64,000 bases of DNA from Saccostrea cucullata (GCF_032062105.1 NW_026935190.1:248001-312000); one strand, 5' to 3'; counted from the stretch's first letter, positions 51,501 through 64,000 are shown. Made by a program: numbers and translations. The notes: generated by a model not told the origin, from the sequence alone.

Positions 51501-53068
51501 TTTGTTAAAATGTAAAGGATAGAAAACTCAAGGTTTTCCTTAAGGTCCCTTTTTTTATTAACACAAAGGTATACCCAGTAAATCAAATTGAAATAATTAT
51601 TACCCAGAAATGTGCTATTGTGTTGACTTCGAAAGTTTTCTGAATCATGTGATCAGGACAGTCCAGGAACTTTTTCCCGGTGACAATACCAGCATTGTTA
51701 ACCAGGATGTCCACCTCCCCAACGTCCTTCTTCACCTGTTAATAAAGTCGTAAAATTCAGTTATTGAAATCTCTGGGGTTTAAATCATGTATGGTTTGCT
51801 ATTAAAAATTATTTCTGTACAATACTCTTGAATTGATGTTATACTATACATATATATTTTGCAAGTTCAATAATAAAATTAATGATCTATACACAGGTTG
51901 CTAGTTCTTAATATAAATGTAAGGCATTTTCAGAAATCATTTTTACATGCGGATTATAGTATATTATGAAACATAATAATATGCATTTTTGGCACAAATT
52001 TAATTCAATGTTTCTCTTAGGATGTCATCTGATATATAACATTTTATAGGACAAACAAATATCCAATAATTCAATGTTTGTAAGCGAGAATTTAGGATGT
52101 CATCTGATGTATACATTTTATGCTTGATTGATAACAGGATACAAAAACAGAAAAGTTTGCTTCACTACAAGTAGGTTATAGAAATCTTTAGCATATTATG
52201 ATGACAAAATCAAGCACCTGTTGTGCAGCCTTGTATATTGCGTCTCGGCTACTGAGATCTACAGTGTACGTCTTAACTGTGGCACCAATGGCCTTGACCT
52301 GCTCTGCTGTCTCCTCATTCCCAGCCTGGTTGATGTCCCACAACACAAGCCTGCTACCAAGCTCCGCAAACCTCTTTGATAGTAACCGCCCTATTCCACT
52401 CCCTGGAAATAAAATACATACTGTATGTACTGTAAATCAGGTTAATAATCACGAGAACTTTAATACTGCATATTAATCATAGAATGCAATTTATAGTATA
52501 GAGGGGTAGACCTATGTAGACCATTTCATCATCCACAAACTTATATGTGGAACGCCTATGTGCTCACCCCACACAAGAAATCAAATTTTCAAGTTTGAAC
52601 AGTTCAATTATTTTTTATTATTCATTTTTTAATTTTGCTTTCAAGCTATTACAACTCTAAAACTCATTGCTCTCTTGTGCTTAAGAACCATGGTACCATG
52701 ATGATGAGTGTGTGTGTGGGGGGGGGGGGGCAGGGGAGGTGCAAGGGTCTATTTTCTAAACTTAGTTTACGTATAACAGTGTAACGTAATTAATGTGCGA
52801 TGAGTCAAATGCATAAACCATATTACTTTTTATTTGAAATTATTAAAATGCAGCGTTGGACTTCGGTACACCCCAAAACCCTTGACTTATTTGTATCTGC
52901 TAGCTGGCTAGGATACTGTTCAAAATTACCTGCGCCAGTAACGAGCACAGTTTCACCCGCCACACTTTTGCCTCTAAGTCCTGCTGGTATAAATGTCAAT
53001 ACTATGGCTTCTAACCAATAGTATATAACATAAAATAATGTGACAAAAAATTCTAGCACAGCATTCAT
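48591..53068 (-). CDS. Short-chain dehydrogenase/reductase SDR16C family (epidermal retinol dehydrogenase 2 / RDH10-like) with two alternative last exons
   Basis: Exons 53068-52930, 52402-52218, 51735-51604, 51220-50976, 50847-50722, then 49570-49480 (305 aa) or 48690-48591 (308 aa). N-terminal anchor, [44 protein letters not shown]. Confidence 0.93.
50260..50465. mobile_element. Tc1/mariner-type MITE
   Basis: TA|CTGTGTTTTCATCAAT ... ATTGAAGAAACCACAG|TA. Confidence 0.7.
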
Positions 53069-53327
53069 GTTGGTGATGTCTGCTGACCGCGCTTGCACAG
53101 GGAGCTTTCGCTTTCGAAGTTGATCTTTGATCAGGGGGCAGTAGTTGTTCATATTTTGAATGAATGCTGCGAAACAGACAAAATATAATGCACTTCTTTT
53201 TAAATACACTATTTAAAAAGAATATTTATATGTTATATTTTTTATCATATCAAGAAATAAGAATTATCTTTCTATTTAAGAAATAGCATGTTTATCAAAA
53301 AAAGTAAACTTGCTGGTCCCTGTAAAT

Positions 53328-53374
53328 GGTCACGTGATACAAAAGATGGTGGTCTACGGTTCCTGATCTGGTAG
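53328..53374 (+). promoter_or_regulatory. Candidate bidirectional promoter and non-coding first exon between the SDR and kinase genes
   Basis: GGTCACGTGA E-box (53328-53337), AAAAGATGG YY1-like motif, and a donor-like TAG|GTAAAA near 53374, ~260 bp upstream of the SDR ATG on the opposite strand. Confidence 0.4.
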
Positions 53375-53541
53375 GTAAAAAAACCCAAAAACGACTGATT
53401 GCTGCGTATGCATAGCTCTTTGATATATGATGAGTAAAGAAGCCTTTATATTAGTTAACTTTTACTTTGCTTGTTGTCAAATACACGCAATTATACAAAT
53501 TATGTCAACAAGTTGAACAACAAAGCTAAAGTTGCATTTAA

Positions 53542-53642
53542 CAGGTCCAGCACAATGTCTTGATTAAGCTATATAGCTTTATAAAGCTATATAGCATGTT
53601 TATCAAGCTATATAGCTTAATCAAGACATTGTGCCGGACCTG
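53542..53642. mobile_element. 101-bp MITE with 5-bp TSD (hAT5-like), short copy
   Basis: TIR CAGGTCCRGCACAATGTCTTGATTAAGCTATATAGCTT; TTTAA on both sides. Confidence 0.85.
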
Positions 53643-53809
53643 TTTAAGGTATAAACACATTAATCATTTTTGCTGTCGGATTGATTTATGTTGAAACCTT
53701 CAAAAGCCTGACTGCATGAATTTAAAAGCAAATCAACTGTACGAAGCCATTATACAAATATTGGAAGTAATCAGTCGATATTCACAAAAAGATTTTAAGA
53801 CAATGTGAA

Positions 53810-54508
53810 CAGGTCCGGCACAATGTCTTGATTAAGCTATATAGCTTGATTTAGCTATATAGCTTTATCAAGCTATTCGGAATAGCTTAATTAAGCTATT
53901 TTATCACAATTTTTTCTCAAATGTTTTATTTTTTCAGCATGTGCAAAAAGTCGCACTTTGGTGCAGTGGAAATATTCAACTTTGAACTCGTCTGAATACA
54001 ATGCATGTAAAAATCACTCACCAAATTGTGTCTCCTTGAGAGACGCGTACTTTGTACTCAAATTTTTAAAAGTTTGGGGGCTATTGGTGAGTGACCACAC
54101 AGTTATTTCTTGAATGAAATTATAAAGGAGGTCAGTTATGGCCAACAGGATAATTGGTTAGTAAGAGTTCAACACAATGAGAGGTAATCATACTTATCCA
54201 CGCCTCAACGCACTCAATAGGACACTTTCCCCATGTACAGTTACCCAAACAATGGAAATTCATCTTCTGCTTAAAAGTATTCAACAACAGCAATGTTAGA
54301 ACTTTCTATGATTTAGGTTGTTTTTTTGATAGCCCAAAGTACATATATGAATAGTCAGATACTTGCGACTTTTTGTTTATTTCTCATTAAAAACGTTTTT
54401 GTTAAAAACTGCATATAAATAGCTTTATTAAGCTATTTTGAATAGCTTAATAAAGCTATATAGCTTTATAAAGCTATATAGCTTAATCAAGACATTGTGC
54501 TGGACCTG
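53810..54508. mobile_element. 699-bp MITE with 5-bp TSD (hAT5-like), long copy of the same family
   Basis: Same TIR; GTGAA at 53805-53809 and 54509-54513; subterminal AAGCTATATAGCTT palindromes. Confidence 0.88.
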
Positions 54509-54589
54509 GTGAAAGTGGATGAATTAATTCTTGGAAAATCTTCCTCTAAGTTATGCTCCATGATAATTAGCATACAAAGTTACAAACTA

Positions 54590-54842
54590 CTGTGGAATCA
54601 TTATTGTTTGTGGGAGACCAATGTTTGTGGATTTTATGTGTCACCCTAATCCATGAATTTACACCCCTTCCCACAACCCCCACCCCCTGATTTTTTCATG
54701 TTTTTTTTTTGTCAATATATATTTTTTTAATCTTCTTCGTTTACAAGTTATCCACAAAATTGCATCCCAATGAACCAACAAATTTTTGCTCACCCATGAA
54801 CATTGACTCCATGCAGACCTATGAATAAGCATGATTCCACAG
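54590..54842. mobile_element. Tc1/mariner-type MITE
   Basis: TA|CTGTGGAATCAT ... ATGATTCCACAG|TA. Confidence 0.7.
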
Positions 54843-55720
54843 TAAGTACTGCTGTTAAAATTGTGAATTTCTTTTCCATGGTTCAGGATTTCTTATTGTG
54901 CCTGAATTGGCATATTACAGTTAAAAAAAAATTCAGCTGTATTGTCTTTAATCATGTATTAAAAATTATGTATTAATTATTTTTGTAAAAATCATCTTAT
55001 CTGCCTCGATCTTGGCAATGAGGAGGATAACAGAGTACAAAGTTGTAATGAACCAGATTTGTTTAATCTAGGTCATCTAACTCTGCCTAGCATTGTAGTA
55101 TGATCTTGAACCTCATATCATCAGCGTAGTGCAGCTTAATCGGCCACTAGTCGGCAATAGTCTGCATTACATCGTAGTAGAAGTGTGTTAGCAGCCAGTT
55201 TGACGTAGTGACATCATAGTGTGGTCATAGTGAAGACCATATCTTTCCAAATTGCTCTATTTAGACGCCGATCAGCTGCGATTTGTCCCAATCCAAAACT
55301 TTTTCAGAATGGCTTGATCGGGATGATCGCCCTAAAGTCACAGCTCTGTGTGAACGAGGGGTTAGGCAACTGTTAAGGACCTTGGGCCTCTTGTTATTTT
55401 CCGTTCTGCAGACTAGATCATCGCGATATCATCTCCTTTCTTTTTTAATGGCCCTTCTGTTAAGATATCATGCTTAAATTTTCCACAAACTAAGATCCTC
55501 TTCAATACATATTTGAAACAAATAGTACAAAAATAAACTATATATTATTATGACCATTGTTAAGGACACATAGTAAGAATTAAAATTCAAGTGGGACTGG
55601 GGAAGATTGCACCCCCAAGGTCTGAGCCCACTCGATCCCCATTTGGCTCATCCTTTCCACCTGTTCTATTAGCTATGCTGCTTGTTTAAATATGAATTAA
55701 ATATGAAGGACACAGGGGAA

Positions 55721-55930
55721 CTGTAGACGTACTTTTTTCCATGGGGTCCTAATTCCGCGGAATTTCAATTTTTTTTTAATCCGTGGGTTGTAAATTACGC
55801 GGATTTCTAGACTGTCACTGTATGTCTTAGTTACATTTACATTAAGTACGCTTTAACAAATTTCCGCAGAAAATTTGTGACTGCATACATAGTGTAAATT
55901 AATACCACGCGGAAAAAAGTACTTCTATAG
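55721..55930. mobile_element. Tc1/mariner-type MITE (degenerate)
   Basis: CTGTAGACGTACTTTTTTCC ... GGAAAAAAGTACTTCTATAG|TA. Confidence 0.65.
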
Positions 55931-57302
55931 TATATAGATACAGTGTACATGTTTTCTCTATTTAGCACCATCCTGTGTTTTCTTTATCAGCTCTATTTAC
56001 TTATCTGGTGAACTGTAAATTTTAATCCATTTTAAACCAAGTTTCTTTTCACAGATTGATTACAACTTTATGTAAAAAAAGAAAAGAAATTGACAATTAA
56101 AAATAGTTTTCTGTTATGAAAGCTGAATAACCCTATCCAAACACTTGGTATGAGCCAGAGCCAAACCAGGCACAAGTTTGTATATAATGAACAGTTCTTA
56201 ATTGTGTGTAATTTTCCAGAAAGCTCTATTTATTTTCAGAATGCTTTCATGTCTGGTCACTTGAGGTCGTTCAGTTCAGGGCTTTTCTGGTATTTCATCT
56301 GTGAATTCATGACTGTGCTACTTATAAACCTTTTTCAATGTGATTATAGAGATTAAAATAAGATTCATTGGCATTAGTTTGGATAATTACTCAGCAGTAT
56401 TTTCTGCATTTCTTGAAAAAAAAAATAATGCTATGAAAAGAATTGTAGAATTCAAAGTACGAATCAATTACTGGCTAGGTCAATTATTTTTATGTCTTTC
56501 TTTTCAAATTCTGAGGGTTTTTTTATTTGCTTGAGTTTAATATATAGGATGTGGATTATTGTACACATATGACAAGCTGTGTGTATCATCACTGGTTAGG
56601 TTTAAGACATTTTTTGAAGCATGACTGCATGTCCATTTCTTTATTTGAAAACAGGGATTAAACCAACTTGACCCAGTTAGAAATATGAAAACATCCTCTA
56701 ACAATACATGTATGGTTATTTTCAGATTAATATTATTTCAGATAATACCTATTTTTATGGATGTAAACTTTTGAATAAACATTAGATAACAGCTAGTTCT
56801 CCTGCTTGGACTCCAAAGTATTTAATGTATGAATATATATGTGTAAAAAACTTGTTTAATATATTTAAAAGACTTTAGTGGAGTAGGACTGTAAAAGGTA
56901 TATTATTTGACATTTTTGTGTAATTTCAAGGAAATAAGAAAATATTTAATTTGTATAATCTATATTTAATACTCATAATCTGTTAATAATAATAATAATA
57001 TATAAGGAAATGTTATGCATTGATTTTTTCAGACTACGGGTATTAAGAAAACTTAATAAGTGTTTACATTTGTGATAATTAAGGAAGTGTATGGGAGTTT
57101 GCCAAAAGATTACTCTACAAAAAAGGCTTTGATTTAAAGTATAGGCTTGGTGTCAGATGATCGCACAGTAGTTTTAATGTCAATATAGATTACACTTGCT
57201 TGCTTGTATGTCATGTTAAATCAATCATTGTTTAATTTTTTTATAACTTACATCCCTTTATTTTGTGTTATAGAGATTTACATGTTGAACTAGGAGTAAA
57301 GA

Positions 57303-60300
57303 ATGTCAGAATGTACTGAAGACCACAACACAGGTGATGATGGTGTAAGGGGGGTAACTCTGACCTCTAGTGGGAGTGAAAAATGTAAGCTTAATTGCAC
57401 CATAAAGTAAAACTTAAATACATGTATATCTTTTCTTTTTAAAAATAAAGAAAATAATCAAAATAAAATATGACATTTTTGAATTAAATCATTTTTTTGT
57501 ACTTTATTCTATTCAGGTGGAATAGAGCATCCTTCAGAGAAAGGGGATTATTGTCAAAATTTGAAGACCAACCAGTTCAAACCCCTAGATATAACTGGTC
57601 ATGATAAAGGTATGTACAAACAAAATTTATAACTTACATGGGGTATATGGTACTTCAAATTTAATTAAAGATGTACTGATTTTCTGTTCTCAGTACTTTT
57701 TATCTAATCGGTCTGTGCTTCATTGATTATCATTTAACCTTTTTCATATTTCAAGATTGTGACTCTTTGACAATATTTCTCTGTAAGTGTAACACTTTTT
57801 TTTTTAATTTTAAGATGCATTGTCTGGTCAAATTGAAAACCTGTCTCCAGCAACTAGAGGAAAACTACAGATAATCATAGAGAGTCTTAGTAACCACTCA
57901 GGTAAAAAGTAGCAATTTCTGAAATGATGCCAGTTTTCCAGTGCTACTAACAAATCTTTAATATTGATACCTGTCTCTTTGATTTTCTCTTAAAGCTGTG
58001 GTAGGTGAAGATGAAAGGGGACGACCAACTGTACAGTACAGCCAGAAACAGTAAGAATATTTACACTGATCAGTGTTCCATATTTTTCTGTAGTAAGATA
58101 CAGTTTTCTTATTCACCACATAAAGGATTTCTATTTTGGATCTGAATTACTACTCCCTGAAACTATATGTACTACCACTCCCTGAAACTAAGTCATTTTT
58201 TGACATGCAACAGTTGTTCTTGTACCAGTCACTACCACTAACAATATAGTTTTCAATGGACAGTTATGATATACCGTATATAATTGTTATGGAAGATGTA
58301 TTATTATTATTATTAAGGAAACTGTACTGGGATGCTTCAAATGCAAACAAGATTGCTGCTCCAAAATCAGAACAAGATCTGAAAGCAAAAATGTCTGTCT
58401 GTCTGGAAATGTTAGAATACCTCAAAGTAACAAAATCACCATCAGGAATTCTTCTTGACAAAACTAAGGTACTTATGTAAAGACTGGCAAAGTTTCTTTC
58501 TTTCTTTGATAGTTCTTTGTCACTTAAATTTTGTATAATATAATTTTTAATGAATCTCTATAGAATTTTTAAAGGATGATATTTCCCTGTTTTACAGATT
58601 CAGACAGACAAAGGACAATATAGAGAGGGTATAGAGTTTGAGAAGACAAAGCAAATCTTAGGCAGAGGAAATTCAGCAGGAGATATCGTAGTTATAAAAG
58701 ACAAAGAGACAGAAATAGAGCATGCTCAAAAAACAGTAAGTGAACATGCATTTCTATTCAAGTTGTTATGACTAAATTAGCTACAGTGGAGCCTCATTTA
58801 TCTGGACGCTTTGGTTCCTAATCAATTTGTCCGGATATGTGAAGCGTCCGGATACCTGGATCACCAGTTAAACAAGACAAAATAACATTATAAAATTCTG
58901 TTCCTATGAAAAGTCATCCGGATACTGAAGCATCCAGATATCTGGCATCCGGATATCTGAAGGTCCACTGTATATGAAAGAAAAAATATCTTTCTGGCTT
59001 CATAGATTGTAAGCTTATGTCAGATTTATTATACCCCCACTCCAAAGGAGAGGAGGGTATACTGTTTAACCCTTGTGTGACTGTGCATTCATCTAGTTGT
59101 CTGTCCGTCCATTGTCTGTCCTTAAAACTTTTGGTCACAGTTTTCTCAGTAACTACTCATGACAGATGTTTGAAATTTTATCACTTTCTTTGCTGAGGCA
59201 TGCCATATGGTGGGATTCATTTTTGTTCGAATCCAATGTCAACTTCCTGTTTATCCATGGGTCTCTCCAATACCATGCATAACAAATTTTCGTCACAATT
59301 TTCTCAGTAACTACTCATTGCTGATGCTTGAATTTTTAGCACATTCTTTGCTGAGGCATGCCAAATGATTGGATTCATTTTTGTTTAAATTCGATGTCAA
59401 CTTCCTATTTATCTGTCCGTCTGTCCATACCATACATAACAAATTTCAGTCACAGTTTTCTCAGCAATAACTCATCGCAGATGCTTGAAATTTTGGCACA
59501 TTCTTTGCAGAGGCATGCCATATAGGGATTTATTTTTGTTCAAATCTGATGTCAACTTCCTGTTTATCTGTGCATATGCTCATAACTGATCTTCTGTATA
59601 TTAACATGATAGTGTTTATTCACATCAAAGCAGGGGTATTACTAGTGAGTATTGGCTCACAGACTTCTTGTTTAAAATTGAACTTTGATCATGTTGATAG
59701 CTCAGACATGGATATCTTAAACACTATATTCTTATCTCAAAGTCAGTTGGAAGTCCTGATATTTTTTTCTTTTTATTTTAAACTCAGTTTCAGGAATGTA
59801 TGGATGTCTTGAAATTTTACATTGGTTCCACTGAGTTTGAGAGAATGAGGTTTGGCTATATTATACATGTTCATATATAGATTAATTATTTTGTAGATTA
59901 TGATCTCAGTTTTCCGTCCCGAGGAGATAAAAGCGTGGGTGGATCTAAGTGAAGATGGAATCAGCCCAGAACTTTACTTGTTCAGACTGGAGGGTAACAG
60001 GATAGTAGTTCACATGGAAAAGTTAGATAATGGTACACTGAAACTGCATAATCTAGATTCATCAAATATAATTAACTCCTGTGCAACATTTTCTATGAAG
60101 GGATTTTTTTAATTGTTAGACTACCACTTTATTGATTTATAATATGAACTTGAAAGTATACTGATTAAAGTATTTAATTTTTATTATCTAAAATAATGAT
60201 AAAAAATTCAGGAGAAAACAGAACCCTAAAAAATCCTTGGCAGAGAAAATATAACTTCGCAAACCTGCTATAGTTAAAAGTACAATGTACTTCCTATTCT

Positions 60301-62688
60301 TGAAATTATATTCTAATTTTTTGCAGCTGTCACTTTAAATGAGGTGATAGACGTCCACATGAACACTCTGATGCAGACAAATAGTTCCCTGGTTAAGCCT
60401 TTCTCTCTGTTTGTATTTAACAACATCCTTAGTGTGGTACAGTCCATGCATGAAAAGGGTTGGACTCACAGAGACCTTCACTGTAAGTTTTAACCTTATA
60501 GCTAGGACTTACCTGGTAATATGTAAAGATATAATTATTTCAGTATGTGATTTATTTTTTCCTATGTACATGGTCACAAATTTCTGTGGATATTTGTCCC
60601 AGAATATTTAATGTGCATCTAAGACATACAAATCTGCATAATTTTCTACCCTCGGATTGATTGTAAGAAATAATGCTTTCACAGAATTATGACCCCATTT
60701 GAAAAAAAAAGTGTGTAATCAGTTTTTTTTTAATACAGAGCCTCAATAAAGTCAACATACTTCAGTAAAACTGCAGTGATAAAATGTTTTTTTAATTTTA
60801 GCTGGGAATGTAATGATACAGAAAAAGTCTGACTGTGAAGTGAAAGTGAAAGTACTAGACTTTGGGAATGCTGGGAGAATAGAAGATAAGGGTGGATATG
60901 CTGGAATCAAGTCCGACGTCCTTAATGCTGTCAGGAACTTCAGTGCATTGTATCTTGGAGAAGAATTTGAAAGTCAAACTGACCTTGAAGAAAACTGGAA
61001 ACAGAAAATATTAGAAAGGGTATTGAGAACATATCTGATTACAAAATTACATTGATAAATAAATATATTTAAGAAGAATGAGAATTGTCAAGTACTCCAA
61101 ATTCTGTAAGCCATTGAAAATTTCTATATATTAGATGCAAGGATTACCGAATGAAGAGAAAGCTGAGATGTTCTGTTTATTTGAAAGTGCCCTGAAAGTG
61201 GTTACAACTGAGGACCTTCTTAATTTGAAGCGAACAGTAGATGAAATGATGCAGTCAAGTAAGTCCATGCATTAATATCATTATAAAGCTCAGGCACCTC
61301 CACTTCAAGTGAAACCACTGTCATAATGTCCAAGCACAGCATACAGTGATTAAGACCATATTACCAAGGGAAAAAGATTGAAAACAGACTTTAATACAGA
61401 TGATCTTTTAGATTCAGACAAAATGTCATTAAAAGGGGAAGTTAATGTTTTTGTATTCAATGAGCTGTTCAGCGCATTATCTATTTACATTTGAATCAAA
61501 GTTGCATTCATTTGGTAGAAATATTAGAATATAAAGCACCACTAAGCTATATGTAACAGTAATTTACAAGGATATGCACAATAGGGAGGTTTAGATACAA
61601 GTGACATAACAACGTGTACACGAAACTTTGACGTAAACGTTATACGTGACGTCAACGTCAATAACATGATTTAGTTATAGGTACACGGTGTACGTATGCA
61701 AATTTCGTGATTGGAGAGACGGTAAATTAATTGAACGGCATTGAATTTATACTTATTCTAGTCATAGATATCATAAACTATGAAAAATTGTTATATGTAT
61801 TGTCATCTCACTGCAGTGAAGCACTCTAAATATTTTGTCACCTAGTATCTCTATAGGACAAGCTTTTAATTCTGCATCACTTTAAAAATGGAAGCAATCA
61901 CAAAAATATTTAATTGACGATAAAATAAAAACGACCACATTTTGCACTTTGTGGAGGAGGTTGGTGGGGTCTAAAAATTCTTCAAAAGAATCCTGCGTAC
62001 AAAATACACTTGCTGTTTGGTATCAATTTGAGTTTAACTTTTCAATGATAAAAATACAATATACAAATACTTTGATGGAATCATCGAATCATCATTCAGT
62101 AATTTTTTTTAGATAGTCTAGTGTTTTTGTTTTATTGCATAAAAATCAATCAACTGTCAGAATCAAAATTTAAAGACCTTACGTCGTACGTGTAGACAGT
62201 GTATTACACGTTCTAAACTTGTAGCTACACCTCGGAGTTGACATCATGATGTTGAAGAACACAACAATTGATGACGTCACCCGTACAAGTTCGTCACAAA
62301 ACGTGTAACTAAACCTCTCTATTATACTTGTACAATGTACTTATAAATTCACAGAACATAAATATACAATGCTTTATTCTCTCCCAGATATTGATGGCAA
62401 AGTTGAAGAGATAATGAAAGAAGTAGTACCTCTGCTTTTTCCAGATGTGTTCTCTCAGAATGAAGAATCGGTAAATTTGATTAAGTTCTTAAACCTCTAT
62501 AAATTCTTTAAAAAACACATATTCTAATGTCTCATAAACAGATTACCATAGATATATCAAAAATTTAATGTAAATCACATATATTTGTGATTTTACTACA
62601 GGACACAGAAGATGCTGTAGATTTTGCTCCACCCAATCTGGACCGATTCCTGAGGCAGCTAAGGAGATCCATTATGATTGGATGCTGA
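57303..62688 (+). CDS. Divergent protein kinase with NIK/Tpl2 (MAP3K14/MAP3K8)-like N-lobe (469 aa, 12 exons)
   Basis: Phase-consistent exons 57303-57384, 57517-57609, 57815-57901, 57996-58050, 58318-58468, 58598-58735, 59897-60032, 60327-60482, 60802-61019, 61135-61258, 62388-62470, 62602-62688. Motifs SGILL...QYREG...LGRGNSAG, HAQK, FRPEEI, HRDLHSGN, LDFG, KSDV. Confidence 0.85.
58784..58970. mobile_element. pogo/Tigger-like MITE
   Basis: TA|CAGTGGA ... TCCACTG|TA with repeated internal TCCGGATA motifs. Confidence 0.7.
59026..59672 (+). mobile_element. HINE of a third family with 3 tandem ~157-bp units
   Basis: 5' TTTATTATACCCCCACTCCAAAGGAGAGGAGGGTATA hairpin, GTCC/GTCT microsatellite, units at ~59135, 59293, 59450, 3' GGGGTAT...GTGAG..CTCAC hairpin and CTTGTTT. 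Confidence 0.8.
61580..62323. mobile_element. ~740-bp non-autonomous DNA transposon (PHIS group, ISL2EU/Spy-like)
   Basis: Imperfect TIR AATAGGGAGGTTTAGATACA / TGTAACTAAACCTCTCTATT; subterminal TGACGTCA on both sides. Superfamily tentative. Confidence 0.65.
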
Positions 62689-62913
62689 AGGAACAGTGTT
62701 CTCAAGCTGGTTTTAATGCTTTTAACCTAGAAGCTGTCTTTCTGATCAGAAACAATTAATTTATTACAGTTCAGTTTTTGCTTTGGTCAAATGAGTGGCA
62801 GCAGATTACCCCCACCCCATCCCCTTCAGAAATCAAAAGCATTCAGCTAGAGGTTTGTTAATATTCTGAGTCTATTGCAGTATTATTTACTTTTGAATTA
62901 ATTTCTTTGCTTA

Positions 62914-62919
62914 TTTTTA

Positions 62920-62955
<36 letters not shown>

Positions 62956-63013
62956 TTGATCATATTTTGTCGGTAGTCCGTCTGTCCGTATAGCTGTCTG
63001 TAAACTTTTTTAC

Positions 63014-63050
<37 letters not shown>

Positions 63051-64000
63051 TAACCAAACTTGCCACAAAGCATCCTTGGGTTAAGGGGAATTTAAATTGT
63101 TAAAATCAAGGGCCAAGACCCCTTCCAAGGGGAGATAATCAAGAGCTTTTCTTTGTTTTGTAACAAAAATACGAAAATAGGGTGGGGTCATTAAAAAATC
63201 TTCTTCTCAAGAACCACTGGGCCAAAAAAGCTGAAATTTATGTGGAAGCATTCTGGGGTAGTGTAGATATTAAATTGTTAAAATCATGACCCCTGGGGGT
63301 AGGGCGGGGCCACAATAGGGAATCCAAGTTTTACATAGAAATATATAGAACAAATCTTTAAAAATCTTCTTTTCAAGAACCACTGGACCAGAAAAGCTTA
63401 AACTTATGTGGAAGCATCCTTGGGTAGTGTAGATATTAAATTGTAAAAATCATGACCCCCAGGGTTTGGACAGGGCCACAATAGGGAATCCAAGTTTTAC
63501 ATAGAAATATATAGAACAAATACTTAAAAATCTTCTTCTCAAGAACCACTGGGCCAGGAAAGCTTAAACTTATATGGAAGCATCCATGGGTAGTGTAGAT
63601 ATTAAATTGTAAAAATCATGACCCCCGGGGGTAGGGTAGGGCCACAATGGGGAATCCAAGTTTTACATAGAAATATATAGAACAAATCTTTAAAAATCTT
63701 CTTCTCAAGAACCACTGGGCCAGGAAAGCTGAAACTTATGTGAAAGCATCCTTGGGTAGTGTAGATATTAAATTGTAAAAATCATGACCCCCGGGGGTAG
63801 GGCGGGGCCACAATGGGGAATCCAAGTTTTACATAGAAATATATAGAACAAATCTTTAAAAATCTTCTTTTCAAGAACCACTGGACCAGAAAAGCTTAAA
63901 CTTATGTGGAAGCATCCTTGGGTAGTGTAGATATTAAATTGTAAAAATCATGACCCCCGGGGGTAGGGCGGGGCCACAATAGGGAATCCAAGTTTTACAT
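62914..64000 (+). mobile_element. HINE with ~166-bp satellite array, cut by the window end (about 5 units seen)
   Basis: TTTTATTAGCTCACCTGAGCTGAAAGCTCAAGTGAGC start, GTCC/GTCT microsatellite, units starting near 63193, 63359, 63525, 63692, 63857. Confidence 0.92.

Noticed and set aside
53551-53557. CACAATG heptamer with 5-bp TSD suggesting a RAG-like/Transib end
   Set aside because: The TSDs place the termini at CAGGTCC, 9 bp outside the heptamer; no nonamer or RAG/Transib coding sequence.
57756-57782. Possible 27-nt in-frame kinase micro-exon (AG...GTAAGT)
   Set aside because: The following intron would be only 32 nt, too short to be likely; left out of the model.
62680-62760. Kinase ends Gly-Cys-TGA, like the GCUG selenocysteine motif of thioredoxin reductase
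   Set aside because: No convincing SECIS seen downstream, the next residue would be Arg, and there is no redox context; treated as a normal stop.

Overview
AT-rich eukaryotic genomic DNA, almost certainly an oyster (Ostreidae), judged from Helentron-type elements carrying the ~166-bp oyster satellite. Eight protein-coding genes were reconstructed by hand from GT-AG splice sites and exon phase: a DHHC palmitoyltransferase (-), a PRDM10/15-like PR-SET/22-zinc-finger gene (+), LKAAEAR1 (-), EBAG9/RCAS1 (+), EXOSC6/MTR3 (-), a claudin/PMP22-like tetraspan (-), an SDR16C/RDH10-like dehydrogenase (-) and a divergent NIK/Tpl2-like kinase (+). Introns and intergenic DNA are dense with non-autonomous transposons, several nested and with readable TIRs and TSDs, plus a decayed Penelope-like RT. 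I found no unambiguous new multi-gene system. The best candidates for something undescribed are: two homologous alternative last exons in the SDR gene, a kinase lacking most of its activation segment, an alternating C2H2/C2HC finger array in the PRDM, a GC-rich ORF-bearing insert inside a Helentron array, and a colinear 'ghost' of downstream sequence inside one satellite array that points to a heterozygous insertion or consensus artefact. No database searches were run; all family calls come from motif recognition.
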